A stretch of 64,000 nucleotides of DNA from Dysgonomonas sp. (GCA_031546965.1 JAVBJR010000595.1:7041-71040); one strand, 5' to 3'; positions 9,151 through 18,631 are shown, counted from the first letter of the stretch. Program-made: numbers and translations. The notes: generated by a model from the letters alone, not told the origin.

Positions 9151-9798
9151 ATGAAAAAGTTGATAATTATTTGTGAAGGAAATACTGAATTTCAGTTTTG
9201 CAGAGATGTTTTAAAGCCTTATTTTGCACCGAAAGAGATTGATGTCGAATTTAGATTGATTGCAAAATCAGCAGGTGGAATTGTAAAATGGGATTCTTTA
9301 AAATTGGATATAGAGAATTATTTAAAGGCGGAACCCGATGTTTTTGTTACGACATTTATAGATTTATACGGGATCCATAGTCATCATAAGTTTCCAGAAT
9401 TCAATACTATAACAGCTAATAATAAGCAAAAGGCTATTGTCATGGAAACAGGAATGAAAAATGATATAGACGGAGCTTTAGTCTCTCGTTTTATACCATA
9501 TATTCAGTTGCATGAGTTTGAGAGTTTAGTGTTTTGTTCTTTAGAGGTCTTAAAAACAAAGTTTATGCCGAATGAGGCTGATTTCTCGGAATTAGAGAGA
9601 ATTATTAATACCCATACAACCCCGGAGGAAATCAATAATAGTCCAACAACAGCCCCATCAAAGAGACTTGAAAAAAGCATCTCTGTTTATAGCAAGAAAT
9701 TGTGTAGTGTTTCAATAACTAAAGATATTGGCATGGTAGAGCTAAAGAATAAATGTCCTCATTTTAGACACTGGATTGAGCAATTAGAGAAGATATAG
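9151..9798 (+). CDS. DUF4276 family protein (TOPRIM-like)
   Basis: IICEGNTE, TTFIDLYG, YIQLHEFESL, PEEINNSPTTAPSKRL, CPHFRHWI; 12 nt downstream of the ATPase. Confidence 0.82.
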   Translation: MKKLIIICEGNTEFQFCRDVLKPYFAPKEIDVEFRLIAKSAGGIVKWDSLKLDIENYLKAEPDVFVTTFIDLYGIHSHHKFPEFNTITANNKQKAIVMETGMKNDIDGALVSRFIPYIQLHEFESLVFCSLEVLKTKFMPNEADFSELERIINTHTTPEEINNSPTTAPSKRLEKSISVYSKKLCSVSITKDIGMVELKNKCPHFRHWIEQLEKI

Positions 9799-9887
9799 AC
9801 AATTTCAGATTATATTCTCAAGCCAAGAGAAATAATGATATTAGTTAATATGGTTCGTATTTAATAATCACAATATATAAGATAGCA

Positions 9888-10922
9888 ATGAAGAAAAAAA
9901 TTTTGGTAACAGGCGGAACCGGATATATTGGTTCGCATACTGCCGTTGAACTGCAAAATGCAGGATATGAGGTAATTATTGTAGACAACTTATCGAACTC
10001 TACAGCCGATAGCATCGGGGGTATCGAGCGTATTACAGGCACTCGTCCCGTATTCGAGAATATAGATTGTAATGATGAGGCAGCATTGCGTAAAGTTTTC
10101 GAAAAACATTCGCCTATCAGTGGTATCATACATTTTGCGGCAAGTAAAGCAGTGGGCGAATCGGTCGAGAAACCGTTGCTATACTACAAAAACAATTTGG
10201 TGTCGCTCATCAATCTTTTGGAAGTGATGCCCGAATTTAATGTAAAAGGGATCGTATTCTCTTCTTCATGTACTGTTTATGGGGAGCCTGACGTAAATCC
10301 TATCGACGAAACTGCACCCATAAAACCGGCTGCTTCGCCTTATGGAAATACAAAACAAATCAATGAAGAAATTATTCAGGATTTTGTAGCCTCCGGAGCA
10401 AATATCAAAAGTATTATCCTGCGCTATTTTAATCCCGTAGGAGCGCATCCTACTGCCGAACTGGGCGAATTACCTAACGGTGTTCCTCAAAACCTAGTGC
10501 CCTTTATCACCCAAACAGCCATGGGAATCCGCAAAGAGTTGAGTGTTTTTGGTGACGATTACGATACTCCCGACGGATCGTGTATACGTGACTTTATAGA
10601 TGTGGTAGACCTGGCTAAGGCTCATGTGATAGCCATAGAAAGAATGTTGCAAGACAAATCTCAAGATAAAGTAGAAGTATTTAATCTGGGTACAGGCAAC
10701 GGTGTATCGGTACTGGAACTAATCAATGTATTTGAAAAAGTATCGGGTGTGAAACTGAACTACAAAGTAGTAGGACGCCGTACCGGAGATATCATCAAGA
10801 TATGGGCTCAACCATCAAAAGCCAACAATGTTCTAGGTTGGACTGCAAAAGAACCAATTGAAAACACCATGGCTGCTGCTTGGAAATGGCAACAAAAACT
10901 GCGAGAAAAAGGCATCATGTAA
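9888..10922 (+). CDS. galE: UDP-glucose 4-epimerase
   Basis: GGTGYIGSH, HFAASKAVGES, SSSCTVYG, YGNTK, LRYFNPVGAH. Confidence 0.97.
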   Translation: MKKKILVTGGTGYIGSHTAVELQNAGYEVIIVDNLSNSTADSIGGIERITGTRPVFENIDCNDEAALRKVFEKHSPISGIIHFAASKAVGESVEKPLLYYKNNLVSLINLLEVMPEFNVKGIVFSSSCTVYGEPDVNPIDETAPIKPAASPYGNTKQINEEIIQDFVASGANIKSIILRYFNPVGAHPTAELGELPNGVPQNLVPFITQTAMGIRKELSVFGDDYDTPDGSCIRDFIDVVDLAKAHVIAIERMLQDKSQDKVEVFNLGTGNGVSVLELINVFEKVSGVKLNYKVVGRRTGDIIKIWAQPSKANNVLGWTAKEPIENTMAAAWKWQQKLREKGIM

Positions 10923-10943
10923 TTGAGTAGAATTGCATAATAG

Positions 10944-10979
10944 AAAAGGATGGTTTATATAAATCATCCTTTTTGTTTG
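10944..10979 (+). terminator. Terminator after galE
   Basis: AAAAGGATGGTTT / AAATCATCCTTTT hairpin plus T-rich tail. Confidence 0.7.
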
Positions 10980-11060
10980 TCATTCAAAACCTTTCTATGC
11001 CTATTTGCGTTTTATAAAAACAAAATATAGAGTTTTAAACTTTTCTAAATTTCAATTAAA

Positions 11061-11435
11061 ATGGATTCATCTAATTGTTGCTCATTGTTTTGTTCTATCA
11101 ACTGGCTTTGGTATGCCGTCGCCGTGATAGTCGTTTTTATATTGGGAGCCATATGGTTTAGTCTTCTGTTTCAGAAAGTTTGGATCAAGGTGTTTAAAAT
11201 TGAAATGCCCGAAGGGAAGCCCAAGGGAGCAATATTCACTTTGATAATGCAACTTTTGGTTACGGCATTGTTCGGACTTGTATTTTTTGTGCTTGTTAAA
11301 CTCTCGGTTTTGGTTGCGGTTTTGGCTCTGATTGGTTTTTGCGGTTGGCAGAAAGGAAGCCTCAAATTTCGCTATACCAAATGGGGCGAATATTTTCAAG
11401 CAGCACTTATCAATAAGCGATATTTAAAAAAATAG
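11061..11435 (+). CDS. DUF1761-like membrane protein, probably C-terminally truncated
   Basis: INW...A...FILGAIWFS.LF.KVW N-terminal motif; ends AALIN-KRYLKK, where a last TM helix is expected. Confidence 0.65.
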   Translation: MDSSNCCSLFCSINWLWYAVAVIVVFILGAIWFSLLFQKVWIKVFKIEMPEGKPKGAIFTLIMQLLVTALFGLVFFVLVKLSVLVAVLALIGFCGWQKGSLKFRYTKWGEYFQAALINKRYLKK

Positions 11436-11464
11436 GCTGATAGATTTGTTTCTATCAGCCTATT
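11431..11464. terminator. Bidirectional terminator hairpin
   Basis: Perfect 14-bp stem AATAGGCTGATAGA / TCTATCAGCCTATT. Confidence 0.8.
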
Positions 11465-11484
11465 CTATAAATAGAATCTATTTC

Positions 11485-11850
11485 TTACCAAAGTATAGCT
11501 TGATCTTCATCCGGCACCAATGTGGTTATATCGCGTTGCAATAACATTGTACCATTACATCTATAAGGGAATTTAAGACTCGAACTAGAAGTATAATCTT
11601 CATATCTATATTCCATTGTTAGCGTAAAGAAGCGCTTAACCACATGAGGTCTGTCTTTATCCCTTTCCTCCTTGATTACATAAGTAGGATTTCCTATAAC
11701 CTGAAATTTTATATCCGGATTGTCGGCACTTAACACTAGTCGACCTTCTTTTACGAAAAGCCCGGTACCTTCGCCGGTTTTCGGATCTTTAATTTCGGTT
11801 ACCGAGTTAGTCTTTAGATACTTACATTTAACTTTGTACAAACCTGCCAA
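11485..11850 (-). pseudogene. C-terminal fragment of a DUF4973/DUF4361-like PUL-associated protein
   Basis: Ends TMEYRYEDYT...GTMLLQRDITTLVPDEDQAILW, recalled as the C-terminus of DUF4973-type proteins. No signal peptide; in-frame stop three codons before the TTG; only 34 nt from the secDF stop. Confidence 0.55.
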
Positions 11851-11884
11851 CCTATTTTAGGATGAGGTACACATTTATAAGTAT

Positions 11885-14794
11885 TTATTTTGAAGCTTTT
11901 GATTTATCTTCTTTTCTTTTCAAAAGATCATAAGCTATTGGGGTTGCAATAAATACTGATGAATATGTTCCCAAAATTATACCCAACAACATTGCAAAAG
12001 TAAAACTTCTGATCGAATCGCCTCCCAGTATAAATATACAAAGCAATACAAGGATAGCACTCAACGATACACTCACCGTACGGGTTAAAGTGGTATTCAG
12101 AGAGTCATTAATGTTGGTAGCAATATCTCTTAAAGGGAAGTCGCGTCTTCTTTCACGTACACGGTCGAAGATTACAACCTTGTCGTGGATAGAGAATCCT
12201 ACTACAGTTAAGATAGCAGCAATAAACGTTTGGTCGATCTCCAAAGAGAATGGCATAATCATATGGAAGAATGAGTACGCAAAGATCACAATAGCAGCAT
12301 CATGTGCCACTGCAATAATTGTACCTAAAGAGAATGCAACATCTCTAAATCGAAGTAAAATATACAATCCCATACAGATAATAGCTATAATAACTGCTAT
12401 AACTGCTGCCGACTTCATATCATCTGCCACACTGGGTCCTACTTTTTGAGAACTTTGGATGTAGTTGTCAATGGTTTTTCCGGGTTCTATATAACTGCTC
12501 AATGCCGTATTCATTTTAGCTTTGATTTCAGCTTCTACTTCATCTTTAGAGTCTTCAATCTTATAATTGGTAGTAATTCTCACTTGATTACTCGACCCGA
12601 TAGTGATAACACTAACCATTGAACCGCCTTCTCCCAATACCGGTTTGAGGGCATCTACAACATCTTGTGTGTGCACAGGTTTATCGAAACGGATTACGTA
12701 ATTACGTCCTCCCGTGAAATCGATACCGCTATTCAATCCTAAAGTAAATATAGACACAATACCTAATAGAATTACCCCACACGAAGCCATATAAGCTTTT
12801 TTATGTAGATTTAAGAAGTTAATCTTAGTATCCATCAAGAAGTTCTGAAGTGGTTTTGTAGAGAATGTCAAGTTCATGAATTTACCTTTAGAGAAAGCAT
12901 AGTCATAAACGATACGAGTCATAAATATAGCAGTAAAGAACGATGCCGAGATACCGATAATTTCGGTAATCGCAAATCCTCTGATGGCTCCTGTTCCAAA
13001 GTTATACAATATCAAACCCGTAATGATAGAAGTTAAGTTAGAGTCAAAAATAGCTGTAAACGCGTGTTTATAACCATCTTGTACTGCTGTCTTAACATTT
13101 TTACCGGCACGTAACTCTTCTTTCGTTCGCTCATAGATAAGAACGTTGGCATCTACCGCCATAGCCAAAGCAAGTACCAAACCGGCAATACCCGGCAATG
13201 TAAGTACTGCATGGAACGAGGCAAGCACTCCCATCGTAAAGAATAAATTGAGCAGCAACGCTGTATTGGCAATCATACCCGGTATAAAACCATAAACAAG
13301 GCACATATATAGCATCAATACTGCTATGGCAACAACAAACGAAATAAGTCCTGCCTGAATAGATTCTTCACCTAAAGAAGGACCTACAATATCTTCTTGT
13401 ACAATACGTACACCGGCACGCATTTTACCCGATTTAAGAACGTTTTCTAAGTCTTTTGCTTCTTCTACGGAGAAATTACCTGTGATAGAAGAATTTCCAC
13501 CATCGATGCGATCATTTACGTTTGGTGCAGAATATACATATCCGTCAAGAACAATCGCAATCGAACGTCCTCTTTCGGCTCCTGTAATTGCAGACCAACG
13601 TTTAGCTCCGGTCGGATTCATTTGCATGCTTACTCCCCAACCTTGACCTTGTACTTGATCGGCAGTAGCTGATACAATAGCATCACCATCTAAAGCCGGA
13701 CCTCTTTTTGTACCATCGCCCTTGAGGGCAAACAATTGGTATAAGTTTGTTTCTTTTCCTTCTATTACAAGAGATTTGAATCCCCAAGAGAATTTAAGAT
13801 CGGTAGGATACAAATCTTTCGCTTTATGCAGAATTGTATTTATAGATGCTGTATCTTTTCGGTCTGCCATACCTACAATAGCTCCGCCACCCCATTTTCC
13901 ATCAAAATATTCGGACAATGATTTTGTAAATGGTACCGAAGTTGTGTCTACCTCGGCAATAGCAGCCACAGATAGTGAGTCTGAAGTTATAGAATCGGCA
14001 ACAGCTGCTTTGTTTGTTGAGTGTTTTGCAGCCAACAATTCGGCACTTCTCGAATTGATTGCACTTAAATAACCTTGTATTTCTTGAAGGTTATAAGTCT
14101 TCCAAAACTCCAGGTTTGAGTTACCTTGTAGAAGTTTCTTTACACGCTCGGGTTCTTTAATACCCGGCAATTCGATAAGAATACGTTCTGCGCGATCTAA
14201 TTTTTGAATATTTGGAGCTACCACACCAAAACGGTCGATACGTGTACGCAATACATTGAATGAGTTGTCTGCTACGCTTTGTAATTCTTGTTGAAGAACT
14301 TTTTTGACAGTGGCATTATCATCTGTTGGCTGTATTTGATCTTTTTTGAGTTTTGTACCAAATACAATTGCTAACTTGCCGGATTTATCTATCGCTTCGT
14401 ATTTTTCTACAAATAATGTAAGAAAATCCTTGTTACTACCTTTGCGATTTTCTTCTACAGCTTGTTGTATTGCTTTATTGAATTGAGCGTCCTCTTGATT
14501 GGCTAATGAGCGCAATATTGCAGCTGCATCAATTTCAAGAATAACGTTCATTCCACCTTTAAGGTCAAGCCCTAAGCCTATTTCTTTTTCTCTGGCTTGT
14601 TTCAGGGTATATCCCAACCATACTTTTTCTGTAGAAATAGAGTCCAGATAATGACTCTGAGCATTAAGATCGCCATTAGCGTATTCTGCGGCTTGCTTTT
14701 CATAATACCTTGTCACAAATGAAAAGGACAGATAAAAAGAGCAAACAACAGTCAACAAAATGGCAAAAGTTATTACAAATCCCTTGTTTTGCAT
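11885..14794 (-). CDS. secDF: Protein translocase subunit SecDF (fused)
   Basis: LGLDLKGG, RIDRFGV, IELPG, TLPGIAG, AVDANVLIYER, GIDFTGG, DKVVIFDRVRE. Confidence 0.97.
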   Translation of the reverse strand: MQNKGFVITFAILLTVVCSFYLSFSFVTRYYEKQAAEYANGDLNAQSHYLDSISTEKVWLGYTLKQAREKEIGLGLDLKGGMNVILEIDAAAILRSLANQEDAQFNKAIQQAVEENRKGSNKDFLTLFVEKYEAIDKSGKLAIVFGTKLKKDQIQPTDDNATVKKVLQQELQSVADNSFNVLRTRIDRFGVVAPNIQKLDRAERILIELPGIKEPERVKKLLQGNSNLEFWKTYNLQEIQGYLSAINSRSAELLAAKHSTNKAAVADSITSDSLSVAAIAEVDTTSVPFTKSLSEYFDGKWGGGAIVGMADRKDTASINTILHKAKDLYPTDLKFSWGFKSLVIEGKETNLYQLFALKGDGTKRGPALDGDAIVSATADQVQGQGWGVSMQMNPTGAKRWSAITGAERGRSIAIVLDGYVYSAPNVNDRIDGGNSSITGNFSVEEAKDLENVLKSGKMRAGVRIVQEDIVGPSLGEESIQAGLISFVVAIAVLMLYMCLVYGFIPGMIANTALLLNLFFTMGVLASFHAVLTLPGIAGLVLALAMAVDANVLIYERTKEELRAGKNVKTAVQDGYKHAFTAIFDSNLTSIITGLILYNFGTGAIRGFAITEIIGISASFFTAIFMTRIVYDYAFSKGKFMNLTFSTKPLQNFLMDTKINFLNLHKKAYMASCGVILLGIVSIFTLGLNSGIDFTGGRNYVIRFDKPVHTQDVVDALKPVLGEGGSMVSVITIGSSNQVRITTNYKIEDSKDEVEAEIKAKMNTALSSYIEPGKTIDNYIQSSQKVGPSVADDMKSAAVIAVIIAIICMGLYILLRFRDVAFSLGTIIAVAHDAAIVIFAYSFFHMIMPFSLEIDQTFIAAILTVVGFSIHDKVVIFDRVRERRRDFPLRDIATNINDSLNTTLTRTVSVSLSAILVLLCIFILGGDSIRSFTFAMLLGIILGTYSSVFIATPIAYDLLKRKEDKSKASK

Positions 14795-15131
14795 TTTAAA
14801 GTTACTTTTGTTACTATTTGTTTATTTCAATTTTTGTTTTACTATTTAATTTTCAGTGATATAGATTCCAAAACTTCTTGTAGAATAAGCATACCTAAAT
14901 AATAAATAATGCAAATATACCTTAAGAAATAGCTTAGAATACGACTTAAGCGTGCAAATATAATCTTTTTTATCTTTTTTTAGATTGAAATATTGGCTTA
15001 TTTTAAAATACCCCTGCCTCTGTACCCCACAGGACGTCCATTATGTATTAGCTATCAATATCTTAAAAAAGATTTTCAAAGATACACTTATATTTTTTCA
15101 AAATAGGCTTGTAGATACAAAATATTTGCCA

Positions 15132-15139
15132 TACTTTTG
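15132..15139 (+). promoter_or_regulatory. -7 box for tRNA-Met
   Basis: TACTTTTG followed by CA, 18 nt upstream of the tRNA 5' end. Confidence 0.7.
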
Positions 15140-15157
15140 CAACCGCTAATCAGGCAT

Positions 15158-15231
15158 GGCGGGATAGCTCAGATGGTTAGAGCGCATGATTCATAATCAT
15201 GAGGTCCGGGGTTCAATTCCCCGTCCCGCTA
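15158..15231 (+). tRNA. tRNA-Met (CAT), probably elongator; CCA not encoded
   Basis: Acceptor GGCGGGA/TCCCGCT, D arm GCTC/GAGC, anticodon arm CATGA-TTCATAA-TCATG, T arm CGGGG-TTCAATT-CCCCG. Confidence 0.95.
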
Positions 15232-15592
15232 CTTAAAAATCAAGCAATTGCAATTTTAAATTGTAGTTGCTTTTTTTATTTGCCATGCAACTTATACCTT
15301 TTAATTTTAATTGAGTTTTTGAGTTTAGAAACTCCTTCCATATCTTTCTAGAATCATTTTGCAAAAATAGTGGTTTTGTAAATAGGATTCAATCTAGAAG
15401 TGTTCGAAACATTTTTTCTGCATAAAATTAAAAATCTCCACTTACAATCATAAATAAAATCGGAACAAATAGTCCTCTTTATAAATTATTTCTATCAAAA
15501 ATAAAATCTTTGACCCATTTATTATTTTGGCTAGTATAGTAATTATAAAGCTTAATTGTTACTTTTGTGTATAATCTTAAATAAAAAGCATC

Positions 15593-16045
15593 ATGATAAT
15601 AGACAGTATCGAAAAGATTTCGGATTATGAAAGCCTGAATCCATTTTTACCGAAGGCAATTGAGTTTATCAAATCTTTGGATATGAAAAATTTGGAACTG
15701 GGCAAAGTTGAAATTGACGGGAAAAATATATTTGCAATCATCAGCGAAAGCAATCTAAAAACCCCTGAACAGGCTAAATTAGAAGTTCATAATCAGTATT
15801 TTGACATACAAATACCTGTCTCTAAAACCGAAGGTTTTGGATGGATCGAAAGAGCCGGTTTACAAAAAGAAGCTGCTCCTTTTGACACCACCAAAGATAT
15901 TCAATTTTTTGAGGACAAGCCAACTGTCAAGTTTGATTTGATGCCGGGTAACTTTGTTATCTTCTTTCCGCAGGATGCACACGCACCCTGTATTGGCGAA
16001 GGGTCTGTTATTAAGATTGTTATAAAGGTAAAAATGGAATCATAA
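15593..16045 (+). CDS. YhcH/YjgK/YiaL family protein
   Basis: EVHNQYFDIQ, DIQFF, FVIFFPQDAHAP. Confidence 0.92.
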   Translation: MIIDSIEKISDYESLNPFLPKAIEFIKSLDMKNLELGKVEIDGKNIFAIISESNLKTPEQAKLEVHNQYFDIQIPVSKTEGFGWIERAGLQKEAAPFDTTKDIQFFEDKPTVKFDLMPGNFVIFFPQDAHAPCIGEGSVIKIVIKVKMES

Positions 16046-16075
16046 CAAGATATTAATCAAATTTATATAACAAAC

Positions 16076-17053
16076 ATGAATTTATATCCACTAAAATTCA
16101 GCCCCATCCTAAAATCAATTATTTGGGGAGGATCTGATATTTGTAAATTTAAAGGTATAACACCCCAGCAAGACGGAATAGGCGAAAGCTGGGAAATATC
16201 GGGCGTAGAAAACAATGTATCAGTTGTCGAAAATGGAGATCTCAAAGGCTTGAATCTTCAAAAGCTGATTGCTCAATACAAGGAAAGTTTGGTAGGAAAA
16301 CATGTATTCGAGAGATTCGGAGCTACATTTCCGCTCCTTATCAAATTTATTGATGCCCGAGACAATCTATCTATACAAGTACATCCCGATGATGAATTGG
16401 GAATGAAAAGACATAATTCGTTCGGTAAAACCGAAATGTGGTATGTTATCAATGCAACACCGGGTGCTTTCCTTTATTCGGGTTTCGAAAAAGCCCTTAG
16501 CCCCGACGAATACGTAAAAAGTATCGAAGACAATACTTTTGTTGACTATTTAGCGAAACACGATGTAAAAAAAGGTGACTCATTCTTCCTTCCTGCCGGA
16601 CGTGTACACGCCATAGGTGCAGGTACATTTATTGCCGAAATTCAACAGACATCTAATATTACTTACCGCATTTACGATTACAACCGCAAAGATGCAAATG
16701 GTAATGGCAGAGAGCTTCACACCGAATTGGCAAAGGATGCAATTGATTTCAAATTGTACGACAATTATCAAATAGATTATTCGCACAAGCCAAACGAAAC
16801 CGTTCAATTGGAATCGTGTCAATATTTCACTACCAATCTATTGGAGTTAGACAAGCCTCAGACTCAAAACCATAGCGATAAAGATTCTTTTATAATTTAT
16901 ATCTGCATGGAAGGCAGTTGCGAAATTAAAGATTCTAACAACAATACTATAGATTTGAAACAAGGCGAATCGTTATTAGTGCCCGCAGTAAACACAAAAA
17001 ATATTACGATAACTCCTAATAGTTATGTTCAATTATTGGAGACGTACGTATAA
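16076..17053 (+). CDS. manA: Mannose-6-phosphate isomerase, class I
   Basis: IIWGG, GESWE, FPLLIKFIDA..LSIQVHP, GKTEMW, GRVHAIG, EIQQTSNITYR. Confidence 0.95.
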   Translation: MNLYPLKFSPILKSIIWGGSDICKFKGITPQQDGIGESWEISGVENNVSVVENGDLKGLNLQKLIAQYKESLVGKHVFERFGATFPLLIKFIDARDNLSIQVHPDDELGMKRHNSFGKTEMWYVINATPGAFLYSGFEKALSPDEYVKSIEDNTFVDYLAKHDVKKGDSFFLPAGRVHAIGAGTFIAEIQQTSNITYRIYDYNRKDANGNGRELHTELAKDAIDFKLYDNYQIDYSHKPNETVQLESCQYFTTNLLELDKPQTQNHSDKDSFIIYICMEGSCEIKDSNNNTIDLKQGESLLVPAVNTKNITITPNSYVQLLETYV

Positions 17054-17057
17054 GCAC

Positions 17058-17147
17058 CACCTCACCCCAACCCTCTCCAAATGAGAGAGGGTACAGAGAG
17101 GGAGAGCCAAAAGCTCCCTCTCCTTTGGAGAGGGTTGGGGTGAGGTG
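17058..17147. repeat. CCCTCTCC-type long palindromic element (REP/MITE-like)
   Basis: Perfect 24-bp terminal inverted repeat CACCTCACCCCAACCCTCTCCAAA / TTTGGAGAGGGTTGGGGTGAGGTG. Confidence 0.85.
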
Positions 17148-17183
17148 TATTTTATTTGAATCATGTAATCATCAAAATATCAA

Positions 17184-18152
17184 ATGAGAGGCATTCTTAT
17201 TGTAAATACCGGAAGTCCCAAAACCAAAGGTAGGGAAGATGTAAAGTTCTTTATCGGTGCTATGTTATCCGATCCGTTGGTTATGACTGTACCCAATTGG
17301 ATCAGAACAACTCTTGCAACCCAAATTATAGCCCCATTAAGGGCATCTAATTCTGCATCGCATTACTCTCTTATTTGGGATGATGAGCATGCCGAATCGC
17401 CTCTGTTATACAATACAACACAACTTGCCCAACATATTGAAGAAGCCACCAATATGCCCGTAGAAGTAGCCATGAGATATGGATTACCTTCTATACCCGA
17501 TGCTTTAGAAAGATTAAAAGAAAAATGTAAAACACTGCATGAAGTAGTAGTGCTTCCACTCTTTCCACAATATGCCCAATCGTCTTACAAGACAGCAGTA
17601 GAAGCCATTGCCGAGCAGTTTTACAAGGTGTCTTATCCATTCAGATTAAAGATTATCGAACCCTACTATAACGATCCTAATTATATACACGCTTTGGCTG
17701 AAAGTTTAAGACCTCATGTAGAAAAAGGATATGACAGACTGGTGTTTAGCTTTCACAGCCTACCATTAACTCATGTAGAAATAGGTTGGCAAAAAGGGAA
17801 AGATTTTGACTATGTGTATCAGATAAAAGAAACCGTAAGATTGGTAAGTAAAGAATTGAATATCGACCCCAAGAAGAACCGAATCGTATATTCATCGGCA
17901 ATCGGTCGAAAATGGCTAAAACCCGATTTGAACGAAACCATGAAACAACTTCCTGTCGACGGAGCTAATAGGGTTATTGCGATTACTCCGGGTTTTCCTG
18001 CCGACAACCTCGAAACTCTTTATGATATAGGAATAGTGGCAAGAGATAATTTTATGAAAGCCGGCGGTAAAGAATTTACCTTTGTTCCCTGCCTCAACTT
18101 CGATCCGTATTGGATAGAAGGACTTATAAAGATGATTACAAATCAGATCTAA
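17184..18152 (+). CDS. hemH: Ferrochelatase
   Basis: ILIVNTGSP, ESPL...T, AMRYG.P, LPLFPQYAQSS, FSFHSLP, PGFPADNLETL. Confidence 0.93.
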   Translation: MRGILIVNTGSPKTKGREDVKFFIGAMLSDPLVMTVPNWIRTTLATQIIAPLRASNSASHYSLIWDDEHAESPLLYNTTQLAQHIEEATNMPVEVAMRYGLPSIPDALERLKEKCKTLHEVVVLPLFPQYAQSSYKTAVEAIAEQFYKVSYPFRLKIIEPYYNDPNYIHALAESLRPHVEKGYDRLVFSFHSLPLTHVEIGWQKGKDFDYVYQIKETVRLVSKELNIDPKKNRIVYSSAIGRKWLKPDLNETMKQLPVDGANRVIAITPGFPADNLETLYDIGIVARDNFMKAGGKEFTFVPCLNFDPYWIEGLIKMITNQI

Positions 18153-18631
18153 TTTCCTGTTTGTACTATCTTTAAGCCCACTTTTTCGAGACCCAACAGA
18201 GGTTCGTCACGCATGCCTTGAACGATCTTCAATTGGTAATTGTGCTTTTTGGGAAAAACAACTTCTCTCTTATACAACAGCGATAATTGGTATAGCGAAC
18301 CAAAACCCGATCCATGCCATTTTCCCAGTTTATCAGCTAGTTCGTACTGCTTTTCGGTGGAAGTAAATCCTTTCCCCTCAAAATTATCTTGAATGTACAA
18401 CCAAATATTTTGATATGGGTAATCCGCATTATTCGCCAATTCTATCGTGATGTCATAACGAACGTTAGGAGTTACCGCCATAGAATCTATATCGAAATAA
18501 ACCGTGTCGAACTTGCTCCAGCCGGCACCGGCAATCTCATTAAAATGATAATATGCCTCTCGTTTTTCACACGAGAGACATACAAATACGAGTATCAATA
18601 TACTTAACGAGTATACAAATTTATGCTTCAT
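18149..18631 (-). CDS. gldH: Gliding motility lipoprotein GldH homologue
   Basis: Lipobox CLSC; YPYQNIWL, G.WHGSG.GSL, QGMRDEPL.G. Start moved to ATG 18631, which overlaps the ricT stop. Confidence 0.88.
   Translation of the reverse strand: MKHKFVYSLSILILVFVCLSCEKREAYYHFNEIAGAGWSKFDTVYFDIDSMAVTPNVRYDITIELANNADYPYQNIWLYIQDNFEGKGFTSTEKQYELADKLGKWHGSGFGSLYQLSLLYKREVVFPKKHNYQLKIVQGMRDEPLLGLEKVGLKIVQTGN

Noticed and set aside
11851-11861. CCTATTTTAGG shared between the secDF junction and 62701-62711
   Set aside because: 11 bp of AT-rich sequence with no further similarity; plausible by chance in 64 kb.
15158-15231. tRNA as initiator fMet or lysidine tRNA-Ile2
   Set aside because: No C1:A72 mismatch or three G-C pairs in the anticodon stem, so not initiator; sequence fits elongator Met better than Ile2, though tRNAscan-SE would be decisive.
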